A DNA stretch of 61,152 nt, from contig JBEQAY010000002.1 in NCBI GenBank assembly GCA_041640075.1, positions 1 to 61,152 on the forward strand. Reading direction: 5' to 3'. A program made the translations under genes and the position numbers. A model generated the notes under the pieces. The model did not search any database. It saw only the letters and a list, made by a program, of their open reading frames with translations, and was not told the origin of the DNA. This document shows, piece after piece, positions 48,006 to 58,500 of the stretch. How positions within the stretch are numbered: the first letter of the stretch is position 1; each line of letters opens with the position of its first letter. The DNA comes from Candidatus Nanohaloarchaea archaeon. GTDB lineage: Archaea; Nanohalarchaeota; Nanosalinia; Nanosalinales; Nanosalinaceae.

Positions 48006-49115
48006 ATGAGTTTCAGCGATCTAGGTATTTCGACAAGTGTAATTGAAAAACTGTCCTACATGGACATTACCGAGCCTACAGAGGTTCAGGAAAAATCTAT
48101 ACCGGTAATTTTCGAAGGAAAAGACGTTCTAGTTGAATCAGAGACAGGTTCAGGAAAAACACTGGCATTCAGCCTTCCTATAATTGAAAATATCTCAGGC
48201 GGCGAAGTGAAAGCTCTGGTACTCACACCGACCAGAGAACTGGCCAAACAGGTAGAAGACGAGATCTCCAGCGCCGGAGACGAAGACATCGAAACAGTGA
48301 CAATCTACGGAGGAGTAAGCTACGAACCACAGATCCAGGGCGCCAAAAAAGCTAACATAGTAGTAGGAACACCAGGAAGAGTTCTTGACCTACTGAAAAA
48401 AGGTAAGATAGACGTTGACAACCTTGAATACTTTGTACTCGACGAAGCTGACAGAATGCTTGACATGGGATTCCAGGACGAACTGGAAGCCATCATAGAC
48501 TTCCTTCCTGAGGAAAGACAGAACCTCCTGTTCGGAGCAACGATTCCAAGAGCACTGAAGACGATGTGCGACAAGTACGACATCGATCCGGAAACTATTA
48601 GGATCGAACAGACCGAGCACACAAGAAACCTCGACGCCAAGTACATGAACGTCCAGAGGAACGAGAAACTATCGACTCTATACACACTACTAAAAGAACG
48701 TGACAGAGAGCTCTCGATCGTGTTCTGCCAGACCAAGAACACAACCAGATGGCTCGCAGACAAACTCCGGAAAAACGATATCGACGCACAGGAAATGAAC
48801 GGAGACATGAGCCAGAACCAGAGAGAAAAAACACTCGAAAAATTTGAGAAAGGAGAGATCAAGGTCATCGTAGCCACAGACGTCGCGGCACGAGGAATCG
48901 ACGTCGACAACGTAACACACGTCTTCAACTACGACGTACCCGACAAAGCCGATACCTACACCCACAGAATCGGCCGAGCCGGACGCCAGGGAAGAGAAGG
49001 AGAAGCAATCACACTCCTTGAAAAAAACGATCACGACAAGTTCAGGAAGATCAAAAACAAGCTTGACATACCGAGAGCTGACGAAGACCTGGACCTGAAA
49101 GACGCAAAGATGTAG
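48006..49115 (+). CDS. DEAD-box RNA helicase
   Basis: Q motif, ETGSGKT, PTRELA, DEAD, ARGID, HRIGRAGR. Confidence 0.96.
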   Translation: MSFSDLGISTSVIEKLSYMDITEPTEVQEKSIPVIFEGKDVLVESETGSGKTLAFSLPIIENISGGEVKALVLTPTRELAKQVEDEISSAGDEDIETVTIYGGVSYEPQIQGAKKANIVVGTPGRVLDLLKKGKIDVDNLEYFVLDEADRMLDMGFQDELEAIIDFLPEERQNLLFGATIPRALKTMCDKYDIDPETIRIEQTEHTRNLDAKYMNVQRNEKLSTLYTLLKERDRELSIVFCQTKNTTRWLADKLRKNDIDAQEMNGDMSQNQREKTLEKFEKGEIKVIVATDVAARGIDVDNVTHVFNYDVPDKADTYTHRIGRAGRQGREGEAITLLEKNDHDKFRKIKNKLDIPRADEDLDLKDAKM

Positions 49116-49132
49116 AAAAATGAAGGGAATTT

Positions 49133-49453
49133 CTAGTACAGCTGGCCGCCTTCAGGAACTTCTTTGTCAGGTGAGACCAGAACCGGATTCCCGTCTTCAT
49201 CAGGCACTCCAACAGTCAAGACCTCTGACTTGAAACCTGCAATCCTGACATTTCCTAGATCCGTTACGCAGAGGACCTGCTGACCCTCCACTTCTTCAGG
49301 TTCTTGATTGTAACCCAGCTGGGCAGCACTCTGAACTTTCTCCTCACCAGTGTCAATCCACAGCTTGAACATCTCCGGCTTATTCGCTTCATCAAAACTT
49401 TCCGCCTCCTCAACTTTACCTACCACAATCTCATTCTCCAGCATCGAAGTCAT
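49133..49453 (-). CDS. csaA: CsaA/Trbp111 tRNA-binding OB-fold protein
   Basis: QSAAQL, IAGFKSEVL, G..LY C-terminus. Confidence 0.85.
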   Translation of the reverse strand: MTSMLENEIVVGKVEEAESFDEANKPEMFKLWIDTGEEKVQSAAQLGYNQEPEEVEGQQVLCVTDLGNVRIAGFKSEVLTVGVPDEDGNPVLVSPDKEVPEGGQLY

Positions 49454-49592
49454 GAAATAGAAGTTTATCAAAGCAGAATATGAATTTTTTTGATACAGAG
49501 ATCTAAGAAGTCAAATCAAAAATCTCTATATCCAGTTCCAAGTGGTATTTGTAGAAAAAGAAAATTAAAGGTCTTCTACGAAGTAGGACTAG

Positions 49593-50111
49593 ATGAATAC
49601 GGATATCGACTTTCAGGAGGCAAAAGATACTGTAGAAGGATGGAACTCCATAAACCAGCAGAAGTTCTACGAACTCTTCCCTGAAACCGTTCAGCAGGAA
49701 ACACAGTACGACCTCATCGGCTTCCAGCAGCATGACGAAATGGACGAATTCGCATCTAGCCTCGAAGAAGACCTGGAAGAAAAAGACGAGCGACACCTCA
49801 GAAAACAGCTCCAGTCGCAGCTCGCACACCTATCAGGCACTGCAGGAAGAGAAGCAGCCTCCGCACAGAACCTGACAGTCTACAACCACGCCATGACTCT
49901 CTGGAACAAGGCAGAAGACACACCAGAACTCCTCGAATACCTAGAAACATACGCCAACAAAAGAACAGACTGGGAAGAAAGAACAGATCAAGAAAGAATA
50001 GATGAAGACCTCCTCCAGAAACCAAGACTCGAGTACGGAGACACAGAAAACGCAGAGTATGTAGAGGAAATACTGACGCAACTAGTAACAGAGACGATGC
50101 ACGAAATATAA
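49593..50111 (+). CDS. Hypothetical acidic protein
   Basis: 172 aa ORF with genome-typical acidic composition. Confidence 0.6.
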   Translation: MNTDIDFQEAKDTVEGWNSINQQKFYELFPETVQQETQYDLIGFQQHDEMDEFASSLEEDLEEKDERHLRKQLQSQLAHLSGTAGREAASAQNLTVYNHAMTLWNKAEDTPELLEYLETYANKRTDWEERTDQERIDEDLLQKPRLEYGDTENAEYVEEILTQLVTETMHEI

Positions 50112-50261
50112 TCAATCTGTCAAACGCCTGCCATAACCCTCAGAATCAGCTACCACAAAATCATAATAGCCTGGATCCTTCAACTCAGCCTCAACAGAAG
50201 TCTCGTTAACACCTCCTCCGACGACTAGATTATCAATATTGTCAGGATTTTCGGTAGCCAT
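50112..50261 (-). CDS. Possible 49-aa small protein or gene fragment (MATENPDNIDNLVVGGG...)
   Basis: ATG-to-TGA acidic ORF filling an intergenic gap. Confidence 0.35.
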   Translation of the reverse strand: MATENPDNIDNLVVGGGVNETSVEAELKDPGYYDFVVADSEGYGRRLTD

Positions 50262-50378
50262 ACATTTATTCGGAGCTAAGAGATAAAATCTCTGATTTTC
50301 TAGAGAAGGGTAGAAATAGTATATTTGTTAGATAACAGTAACAACAAGAATTTAAGTTTTGGCCTCTTCATCTAAACC

Positions 50379-51011
50379 ATGTCTGGAGATAATTTTGCTC
50401 TTGTCCACGCAGACATAGTGTACTTAGGTGGAGAATACGATGAGGATACAGGTAGAGCATTCTACGGTGGAGATTGGGAAGAAAGGATTGATTCTGCCAT
50501 GGAAGAGTACGAGAACCTTTTCTCAGTAGCTTACCTAGACGAAGGAGCGGATGCGTCACTGAAAGATGACTTCATCAAAAGACCCAGAGAGCTAAAAGAC
50601 AGGACACATCTCCCGTACAGCTTCGGCAACTACGAAAACGTAATAGAAGACAGCAACAACGGAGACATCCCAGATGCAGAGTTAGAGGATTTAACATCAG
50701 GAATAGATACCTTAATTATCGGGGGCGTATGGTTAAATGACTGCATGAGTACCTTCATTGAATCAGTTATTGGATACGATCCGAATATAGAAATTGAGGT
50801 CGATCCTGAATACAGCGCAGTAAGACCCGCCACAGCTGGAAACTCAGGACTTGGAGATAGGGAAGAAATCCTCAACCGTTCGATACAGGAAGACGAACGT
50901 AGAAAATCCGAAAGCCCTCCTTCAGCCGTCGAAAACCAAGAGCGTCTCGAGGAATTTAGAAACAGATTCAGAGACGAGGAAAGAGTAAATCTCCTCGAAG
51001 AAAAACTATAG
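50379..51011 (+). CDS. Divergent isochorismatase/cysteine hydrolase-like protein
   Basis: ALVHAD (Asp) and IDTLIIGGVWLNDCM (Cys) match the cysteine hydrolase layout. Confidence 0.55.
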   Translation: MSGDNFALVHADIVYLGGEYDEDTGRAFYGGDWEERIDSAMEEYENLFSVAYLDEGADASLKDDFIKRPRELKDRTHLPYSFGNYENVIEDSNNGDIPDAELEDLTSGIDTLIIGGVWLNDCMSTFIESVIGYDPNIEIEVDPEYSAVRPATAGNSGLGDREEILNRSIQEDERRKSESPPSAVENQERLEEFRNRFRDEERVNLLEEKL

Positions 51012-51057
51012 GAAAGAAGTCGGAAATTAAAAGAAAAATGTACGGAGAAATTATACT

Positions 51058-52536
51058 TTAGTAGTTTTTAGCGAAGTACGCCCACCTCTCCGCTTTTTCT
51101 CCGCAGATTGCGCATTCTCCGGAGATTTGTTCCTCTGAGTCTTGGATTGTCGCCGGCTTTGAATCCTCACTAAACGGTAGGACGACGATTTCTGCTGCTA
51201 CTTCGTCTTTGATCTCTGCTTCGCATTCTTCGTCTCCGCACCAGCGGGTTTTGACGTATCCGCGGGATTTGCCGATTGTGGCGAGGATCTCGTTTTTGGA
51301 GTCTGCTTCGCGGATGTTTTCCTGCTGGTATTCCTCTAGCTGTGCGTACAGGGTGTCCTGGATGTCTTCGAGGATTTCCTCTGCGGAGTCTGTGAACTCT
51401 TCGCGGTCGATACCCATTTCTTTTTGCCCAGTGTCTCTTCTGACTGTGGTGACGGCGTCGTCTTCCATCTCGTTCGGTCCGACTTCTACTCTGAGAGGTA
51501 CTCCTTTGAGTTCGTGTTCGTTGAACTTGTATCCTGGAGTCCTGTGAGGTCTGTGGTCGAACTCCACTCTTATTCCCTGTTCCTCAAGCTCTTCACTGAT
51601 TTCTTCCGCGTAGTCCATTACTTCTTCCTGGTTGTCTTCCTGGAAGATCGGTACGACTACGATCTGGTTCGGTGCGATGCTTGGAGGCAGTCTCAGCCCG
51701 TCGTCGTCTCCATGCGCCATGATCAGTGCGCCGATAACTCTGGTGGAGAGGCCCCAGCTCGTGGTCCAGGCAGTTTTCTCATCGCTATCTCTGTCCTCGT
51801 ATGTTATATCAAACGCTTCAGCGAAGTGCTGGCCTAGCTGGTGCGAGGTCCCGGACTGGATCGATTTGCCGTCAGGCATCAGTGTTTCGATTGTTGTAGT
51901 GTATTTTGCGCCCGGGAACTTGTCGTGCTCCGGCTTGTATCCCAGGATGCTTGGGATCGCGAGGTGATCTTCGATTACTTCCTGGTACTGTTCAAGTCTC
52001 AGCATTGTTTCTTCGTCAGCAGCTTCCTCGGATGCGTGAGCGGTGTGCCCTTCCTGCCAGAGGAATTCTCTGGTACGGAGGAACGGCCTTGTGTCGGTCG
52101 CCTCCCATCGAACCACGTTTGCCCACTGATTGAGCCTCATCGGTAGGTCTCGATGGCTGCGGATCTCCTCGCTCATGTAAGGTGCGATAACTGATTCGGA
52201 GGTTGGTCTTACAGCTATTCTCTCCTCCAGCTCCTTGTCTCCACCGTGAGTCACCCATGCGACTTCAGGGTCGAATCCTTCTACAATATCTTCCTCTCTG
52301 GACAACTGTTTCTCAGTGATGAAAAGTGGGAAGTACGCGTTGTCTACTCCAGTCTTCTCTATTTTGTCGTTGAAGTTCTCCTTGATGCTTTCCCAGAGCT
52401 TCATTCCGTAGGGCTTGATTATCATGCAGCCCTTGACTTCGGCGTACTTCGCCAGGTCAGCTTTCTTGACTACCTGTGTGTACCATTCTGAAGGGTTCTG
52501 GTCTTTATCTACTGTTATACCTAGTTCTTGGCTCAT
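51058..52536 (-). CDS. proS: Prolyl-tRNA synthetase (archaeal/eukaryal type)
   Basis: VRPTSE, QWANVVRWE, FLRTREFLWQEGH, GTSHQLG, C-terminal FAKNY. Confidence 0.97.
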   Translation of the reverse strand: MSQELGITVDKDQNPSEWYTQVVKKADLAKYAEVKGCMIIKPYGMKLWESIKENFNDKIEKTGVDNAYFPLFITEKQLSREEDIVEGFDPEVAWVTHGGDKELEERIAVRPTSESVIAPYMSEEIRSHRDLPMRLNQWANVVRWEATDTRPFLRTREFLWQEGHTAHASEEAADEETMLRLEQYQEVIEDHLAIPSILGYKPEHDKFPGAKYTTTIETLMPDGKSIQSGTSHQLGQHFAEAFDITYEDRDSDEKTAWTTSWGLSTRVIGALIMAHGDDDGLRLPPSIAPNQIVVVPIFQEDNQEEVMDYAEEISEELEEQGIRVEFDHRPHRTPGYKFNEHELKGVPLRVEVGPNEMEDDAVTTVRRDTGQKEMGIDREEFTDSAEEILEDIQDTLYAQLEEYQQENIREADSKNEILATIGKSRGYVKTRWCGDEECEAEIKDEVAAEIVVLPFSEDSKPATIQDSEEQISGECAICGEKAERWAYFAKNY

Positions 52537-52729
52537 TTTCAGTACCTCTTATATAGAAGAGATGTCTGCAGAATTGTTTTGAAGGTTTTGAGAAATATAG
52601 CAGAAGCTTCCTGTAGACTTATTTGACCGCTTCTGTAATCGAAAAGCTGTCCTCAAAGATCTGAGGAACGTCTTCACCTTTCATTGTATCTTCAGATTTG
52701 ATAGGTGAGTTTTTTATTCCTGTTCAGGA

Positions 52730-53500
52730 TCACTTTGCTCCCCGGACTACGTGGCCGTACTTCATAAGGCCGACGAATATGGCTCCTCCGATGGCGTTGC
52801 CGACAGTTGCAAGTGACAGGAATACGAGGTAATCGGTGAGAGTTACCGCTGTGGTGGTGAAGAGTCCGAAGAGGACTTCCACGTTTCCTGCGATGCTGTG
52901 CGGCAGGTGGAGCATTCCTATAGTTGCTGTTACCATCCAGATGAAGAAGACTCTGGCAAGTGTGTTGTCGGCGGAGGAGACCAGCCATGCGAGAAGGCCC
53001 ATCAGCCAGCCTGCAAAGACCCCTGCCACAAGCAGCCAGTGAAGCGGATGGCTGACAAGTTTGTCGGCTATTGTTCCGAAGGCCGCTGTTTCGATCACTC
53101 CAAGTCCTGGTGCAAGTGTCACAGCCAGAGCCGTGAAAAGAAGCCCTCCTACAATGTTTCCCGCATAGACGATACCCCACAGCCGAGCCAGCTTCCTCAA
53201 AGAGGCCTGTCCATCTATAACCGGCATCACCGCAAGAGTAGTATGTTCTGTGAAGAGCTCTGAACGGCCGAGGATGACGAAGATGAAACCTACGGAGTAT
53301 GCCGAGGCCAGAAGCAGCTCTGTCTGCAGGTCCCCGTAACTTCCTGCGGACAGGGTCAAAATAACAGCCATCAGTAGCGGCCCAAATCCTATATCAAGGC
53401 CTGCTGACAGGCTGGAGAGAAAAAGGCCATCAGCGTCTCTATCGATCTCATGCTTTCCTTTCTCGATCATCGAGGCCAGAATCTCTCTTGCCGGTTTCAT
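52730..53500 (-). CDS. Formate/nitrite transporter family channel
   Basis: SELFTEHT, GNIVGG, HSIAG, GNAIGG. Confidence 0.9.
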   Translation of the reverse strand: MKPAREILASMIEKGKHEIDRDADGLFLSSLSAGLDIGFGPLLMAVILTLSAGSYGDLQTELLLASAYSVGFIFVILGRSELFTEHTTLAVMPVIDGQASLRKLARLWGIVYAGNIVGGLLFTALAVTLAPGLGVIETAAFGTIADKLVSHPLHWLLVAGVFAGWLMGLLAWLVSSADNTLARVFFIWMVTATIGMLHLPHSIAGNVEVLFGLFTTTAVTLTDYLVFLSLATVGNAIGGAIFVGLMKYGHVVRGAK

Positions 53501-53555
53501 GCTTACAACATCTCATTCAATCTCTTGGCCTAAATTTGAAGTAAAGGTGCACGGT

Positions 53556-55547
53556 TTAAACCTTCAGAGCAGCCCTCATGTAGAACATGTAGGCTGTCAG
53601 GGCCAGCACAAGGAGTTGAATACTTCCTATACCAGGCACTTCGCTGGTCTCCTGTGTCGCGTTCGAGGTTCCCTGTGATTGATTGATCTCATCTACGATG
53701 TCTGCCGTGACGTAGTCTGATCCTGTGATACCTGAAGCTGTTGCCTCTGCTGTTACATTCAGGTCTTCAGGCCCTATACTGGCGTTGCTTCCGAATATCT
53801 CTACTCCGTGAATACTTGTTTCTTCTGCCGGTACAGTAGTGGTGAACTGGACTCCGCCCTGACTGAACTCTGTGTGAGGCTCAAGCCTTGTCGGAACATC
53901 AAGAGTTACCTCGAACTCTGTAGAGCTGTCCTGTACGTTTATCAACTGGAACTCTGCTGCAGCTGTACTTCCTTCCTCGACACTGATATTGTCCCGGAGG
54001 AAGACTACTGGCCAGTCAGCATTCCAGGTACCGGCGTAACATGATACCTCTCTCTGTGTGGCTCCCAGATCAACCGTGACTTGATCACCGGTGCTGTAAA
54101 CTTTTCTGTCGTCGTGAGAGATCTTGTTCGGATAGTTCGCACCGTCAAGCACGCAGTCTCCTGACTCATCCGCCACTGCAAGCACCGAGTAGTTCGTGTT
54201 CAGGAGGGAGGTGGAGGATTCCTGAACGACGATATGTTCATCTGAGTCATCTCCTCCACAGAATCCTTTCGTTGCTACAATATCTTTGAAGTTGTTTGGA
54301 TTTGATTTTCTGTACTCCGAGTAGTGATCCGTTATATCTTGACTGACATTCCTTCCTGTCGGAACCGGTGTCTCACCCGCACCATACGAAACATCTCCCT
54401 GGGTTGATGTGTAGTTGTATCTGTCCCTGTTGTAAAGGTAAGGATTCATATCGTCGTCAATCCCCTCTATAACCGCGTACGGATGACTGTCGACGAAACT
54501 GCTGTTAATCCATCTGACCCCTACATCACCGTAGAGCGTATTTGCCTGACAGTACTCCTGGCTGTAATCCTGGTCATACCATACACCAAACCTCGTATCT
54601 GGGGACTGTGTCTCACAGACCTCCATGTCGTTCTTTGATCTTCCAAAGTGCTCCGAGGCCTCATCAGTCTCCACAAGATCTCCATCCCTGTAAACTGCAT
54701 ACTCCCCGCCGTGACGGGCAACACAGACATCTCTACGCCCACTACAGGCATAACTACCGGATCTGTTCATACTGTTAGCAGATTCTCCGAGTTCCTCTAC
54801 AAGATACTCCTTGTGATCATCTCCACAGACAGGAGGTTCCTGGACAAAAGTATCCTCTATACCGGCCTGATCAGCGAATGCTATATCTCCTATGGAAACG
54901 TTTGAGTCCTGATTATCATTCTTGAACCGGAAGATCCCGTTATTATCTGTTCCGTTATCCACTCCTATACCTTTGTCAAATCCTGTGATGTCACAGGTGA
55001 AGTTCATGTATTCTGGTGGAACCTCTGAATCATCAGGGTCATCCCAGACACCTTCTTCAACGCCGTCACTGTCCCAGTCACGGGCGTTGGCGAAAGAGTT
55101 TCCGAAGACTTTGTCCCTCTTGTCAACTCCAGGCTGCATGAGCGCCTGCTTTCTTCCGTCAGAGCTGTGGACAAAGTTCTGCTGGTAGTAACAACCTGTT
55201 CTTCTCTCATTTCCTGGAAGATAAGGATCTCCCCTGTTACCGATTGAAGCATTCATAAATTTAGACAGACCCCAGTTGTCCGGACCTGGAGTTGAGTCAC
55301 GCGAGTCGTACACCCGGTAGTCTTCTCCGAACACGTCTGTCAGGTTCCAGTCTCTCTGTGTAGCTGCTCCTGGCTCCAGCTGATCAGATGAATCCTGCAT
55401 CCTGTTATGGTAACCTAGATAATCATAGCTGTCAGTATCAAAGTTATCTTGGAACGCTCCTTCACTCTGGTTGGATACACCTGCAACTACTCCAATCGAA
55501 AAAGTGAATACTGCAAACAACAGTCCAAGTTTAATTCTGTTTTTCAT
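53556..55547 (-). CDS. Secreted Cys-repeat surface protein with PGF-CTERM-like anchor
   Basis: Signal peptide; CGDD repeats; S/T linker, then VPGIG + TM + basic tail. Confidence 0.75.
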   Translation of the reverse strand: MKNRIKLGLLFAVFTFSIGVVAGVSNQSEGAFQDNFDTDSYDYLGYHNRMQDSSDQLEPGAATQRDWNLTDVFGEDYRVYDSRDSTPGPDNWGLSKFMNASIGNRGDPYLPGNERRTGCYYQQNFVHSSDGRKQALMQPGVDKRDKVFGNSFANARDWDSDGVEEGVWDDPDDSEVPPEYMNFTCDITGFDKGIGVDNGTDNNGIFRFKNDNQDSNVSIGDIAFADQAGIEDTFVQEPPVCGDDHKEYLVEELGESANSMNRSGSYACSGRRDVCVARHGGEYAVYRDGDLVETDEASEHFGRSKNDMEVCETQSPDTRFGVWYDQDYSQEYCQANTLYGDVGVRWINSSFVDSHPYAVIEGIDDDMNPYLYNRDRYNYTSTQGDVSYGAGETPVPTGRNVSQDITDHYSEYRKSNPNNFKDIVATKGFCGGDDSDEHIVVQESSTSLLNTNYSVLAVADESGDCVLDGANYPNKISHDDRKVYSTGDQVTVDLGATQREVSCYAGTWNADWPVVFLRDNISVEEGSTAAAEFQLINVQDSSTEFEVTLDVPTRLEPHTEFSQGGVQFTTTVPAEETSIHGVEIFGSNASIGPEDLNVTAEATASGITGSDYVTADIVDEINQSQGTSNATQETSEVPGIGSIQLLVLALTAYMFYMRAALKV

Positions 55548-58500
55548 GGTGGTACACCTTCTCCTTCTACACTGAAGTTACCTGCACTGAACCATTCATT
55601 ATCCTGAGTTCCTGCTCCAATATCTCCACAAGGCCCTGTACCGGACTCTGATAGGAGAGGACCGCAGTCATCTTCAGTAGCGTATCCTTCAGGACTATAG
55701 TACTCTGTAAATTTACCTCTAACGTTTTCTGTAGCTGCAGGCCCTCCAAGCTTCTCATCCTGATTGTTGAAGTACTCCAGCTCTGTCCTGTCATACTGAG
55801 TGCTCTGGCTTCTCCAATCCGTTCCGTTGTAAGCAGGATCAATGTTGTTTCTATCAAAGTCATGATCAAGGAACCATTCCATTCTATTCCATACCTGCCA
55901 GCCATCATAAGCCAGTTCAGTACTGATCACTATATCATCCAGCCCTGTTGAAGATCCCGGGAGGACTAAACGCTTCTGAGCCTGTATTTCGCCGGCCTTG
56001 AGGTAGTCTATTCTCTGTACAGTGCCACCCGGAAGACTGACCGAATCACTGAACTCTCCATCTGAATCCACACTGATTATTCTACCATTGATGTCAATAT
56101 AACCACCTGTACTGTCCACAACTTCACCCTGTAAAGTGAAGGTGTCAGCTACGCTGTCCGGACCTTGTGGAACATCAAACGTATCCTCTAGACCTATAAT
56201 CCTGTTCTGAACCGTTAGATCCTGGTCCTTGTCATACCATTCTCCTCCAGGTGTTGTCTTATCCAGATCCAGACAGATCTCCTCATCTGAAATATCATCT
56301 CCGTGTTCAGGATCAGTAGCCGAAGGTGACCTCTCAGATATGTCAACTGTCTGTCCTTCGCTGTAGACCTCACCATCATAAGCACAGTCAGTTATCCTGT
56401 CCGCACAAACATAGATATCATCTCTGGCCTGCAGATCAGGATCAATTTCGTTTCCTCTCAAGGTTCTCTGCTCTCTGATAAGGTATTCATTTTTGTCATC
56501 TCCACATGCATCCGGATGCTGCTGAAGATTATCCTGATTGCCACCCAGAGGATCTGAGTTCATATCAAAAGTTATAGGTCCTGAAACCACGTGGCGATCC
56601 GCTACTTCATAACCATGATATCTGGCATCTCCCTCGTAAACGTTCAGAGATGAGCCTGGTCCAAGATTGTAACCTATACCCCAGTCTGTACTGTTGAGAT
56701 CACATGAAAGACCTCCTCTCGAGACTGTTCTCTCTGTTGTATCTGGATCAACCCAGTTTCCTTCGTCTCTTGGATCAGAGTTTACATCCTCTCTTTTGGC
56801 AAAAGAGTTAGCCATGACTGTCTCATTTTTCTCAACCCATCCTTCTGAATGCTGCGGAGGATGACTACCATGACACTGGCCTGTATCATAAACAGTTCCT
56901 GTAGGACCAACCGCATCGTAAGGCTCACTGGCCACAGCCCATGTATCTTCATCCGAGTCAATTTTAGAGTCGTTCAGGTCTGCAGTCGGCCATCCCCAGT
57001 CAGTGGAATCAAAGTTTACTCCTGGCGTATTCTCATTCATCTGACCTGTATTCGAACCATGTGCAGTACTCCCGTCAACATACATACGGACAACCCAGCT
57101 GTCCTCTGTTGAATAGTCATCGCCCTTGACAGCTGTATCATCTTTATTCTCTCTGAAAGGCGAGTAAATAAGATCTGAGGATGGATCATCATCCGTTCCC
57201 CGGGTTTCATCAACTCCCTTATCATCGCAGCCCGATCCTAGGTCTGAATCACAGTCATCCTCCAGAGCATAACCTCTCCAGTAGTCGATACCTGTACCAT
57301 AAATCCCGTTTCCGCCAAGCGGACTGTAAGGTGAGTCTCTCGCCTCCCTCAAAGCCTCATCCCTTACAGGATCCTGCGTCGAGGCATTATGCCAGAAAAT
57401 CCTGTGAGGTCTGTCCTCATCTATTTCTCCTTCGCGGACAAATATCTCAGGATCTTCAACTATGCCTGTACCTATGAGATCTGAACGGATATTCTGGTTA
57501 TCTACATCATACCACTCTCCTCCAGGCAAGGCGTCAACACGATCCAGACAGATCTCCTGGTCCTCAGACTGGACACCGGTCTCCTGGGTTATATCCGATA
57601 CATCCACTATCTGCCCTTCACTGTAGACCTCACCGTCCAGCACACAGTCTGTAGGACGGTCAGCACATGCATAGTAATCCTCTCTCCCTGCAAAAGTAGG
57701 GTTATATTCTCCTTCAATGTCCGCCGCGTGTTCTCTGATCAAGTACTCATTCCTGTCATCCCCACAGGCATTCTTCCATTGCTGGAGATCATTCTGATCC
57801 TTGTCCCCTGGATTAGTATCCATATCCCAGGTGAAGTCATTAGGATCGACAACTATCTCATGAGGAATCGAGAACTCTACTCCCTCAGTTCCAGGAGATG
57901 AAGGGTTCCCTGTCTGATCACAGTCCCCCTCCAAGCAATCAATACCTGAGTAAGTATCGTTCTGAACTGCATAACCCCAGTCATGACCGGTAAGATCACA
58001 TGTTACCCCACCGGAAATAACTGAGGCTGTATCATCATCAGGGTTAATCCAGTTACCATCTTCCTTGGGCTCTGCAAACATGTTAGTATCTCGTACAACT
58101 TTATTACCACGCAGATAGGAGTTAGCATAAGTTGCATCCTCCTTGTTTTTATCGATTCCCTGTTCCCGTGGAGCACCCCAGCACCTACCTGGAGGCCATG
58201 CAGTACCGTTGTTTGCAATACCCCAGTCCATCTCAGGTGTGTAGGCCCACTCATCGTCTTGGGAATCAATCTCGGCGTTCTCATGCCATTCAAGATACTC
58301 TGGATGTCCTCTAACGTTTAGAATAAGAGGTTCCTCATCCTGTGTATTGCCATAACCGCTTGTAGGCGGCGTAGTGGCCGTGATCTCCACTCTGTCCGTA
58401 AGAGGTTCTTCCGGGAGCTTTGTGAGCTCGCTCTCTATCTGGTTGAAAATCTGGTCCCAGTCTCCAGGAGCCTCCCAGTAATCACCGCCTGTAGCGGAAA

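Noticed and set aside
52619-52684. 21-codon minus-strand ORF upstream of proS
   Set aside because: No clear promoter geometry or residue bias; probably chance
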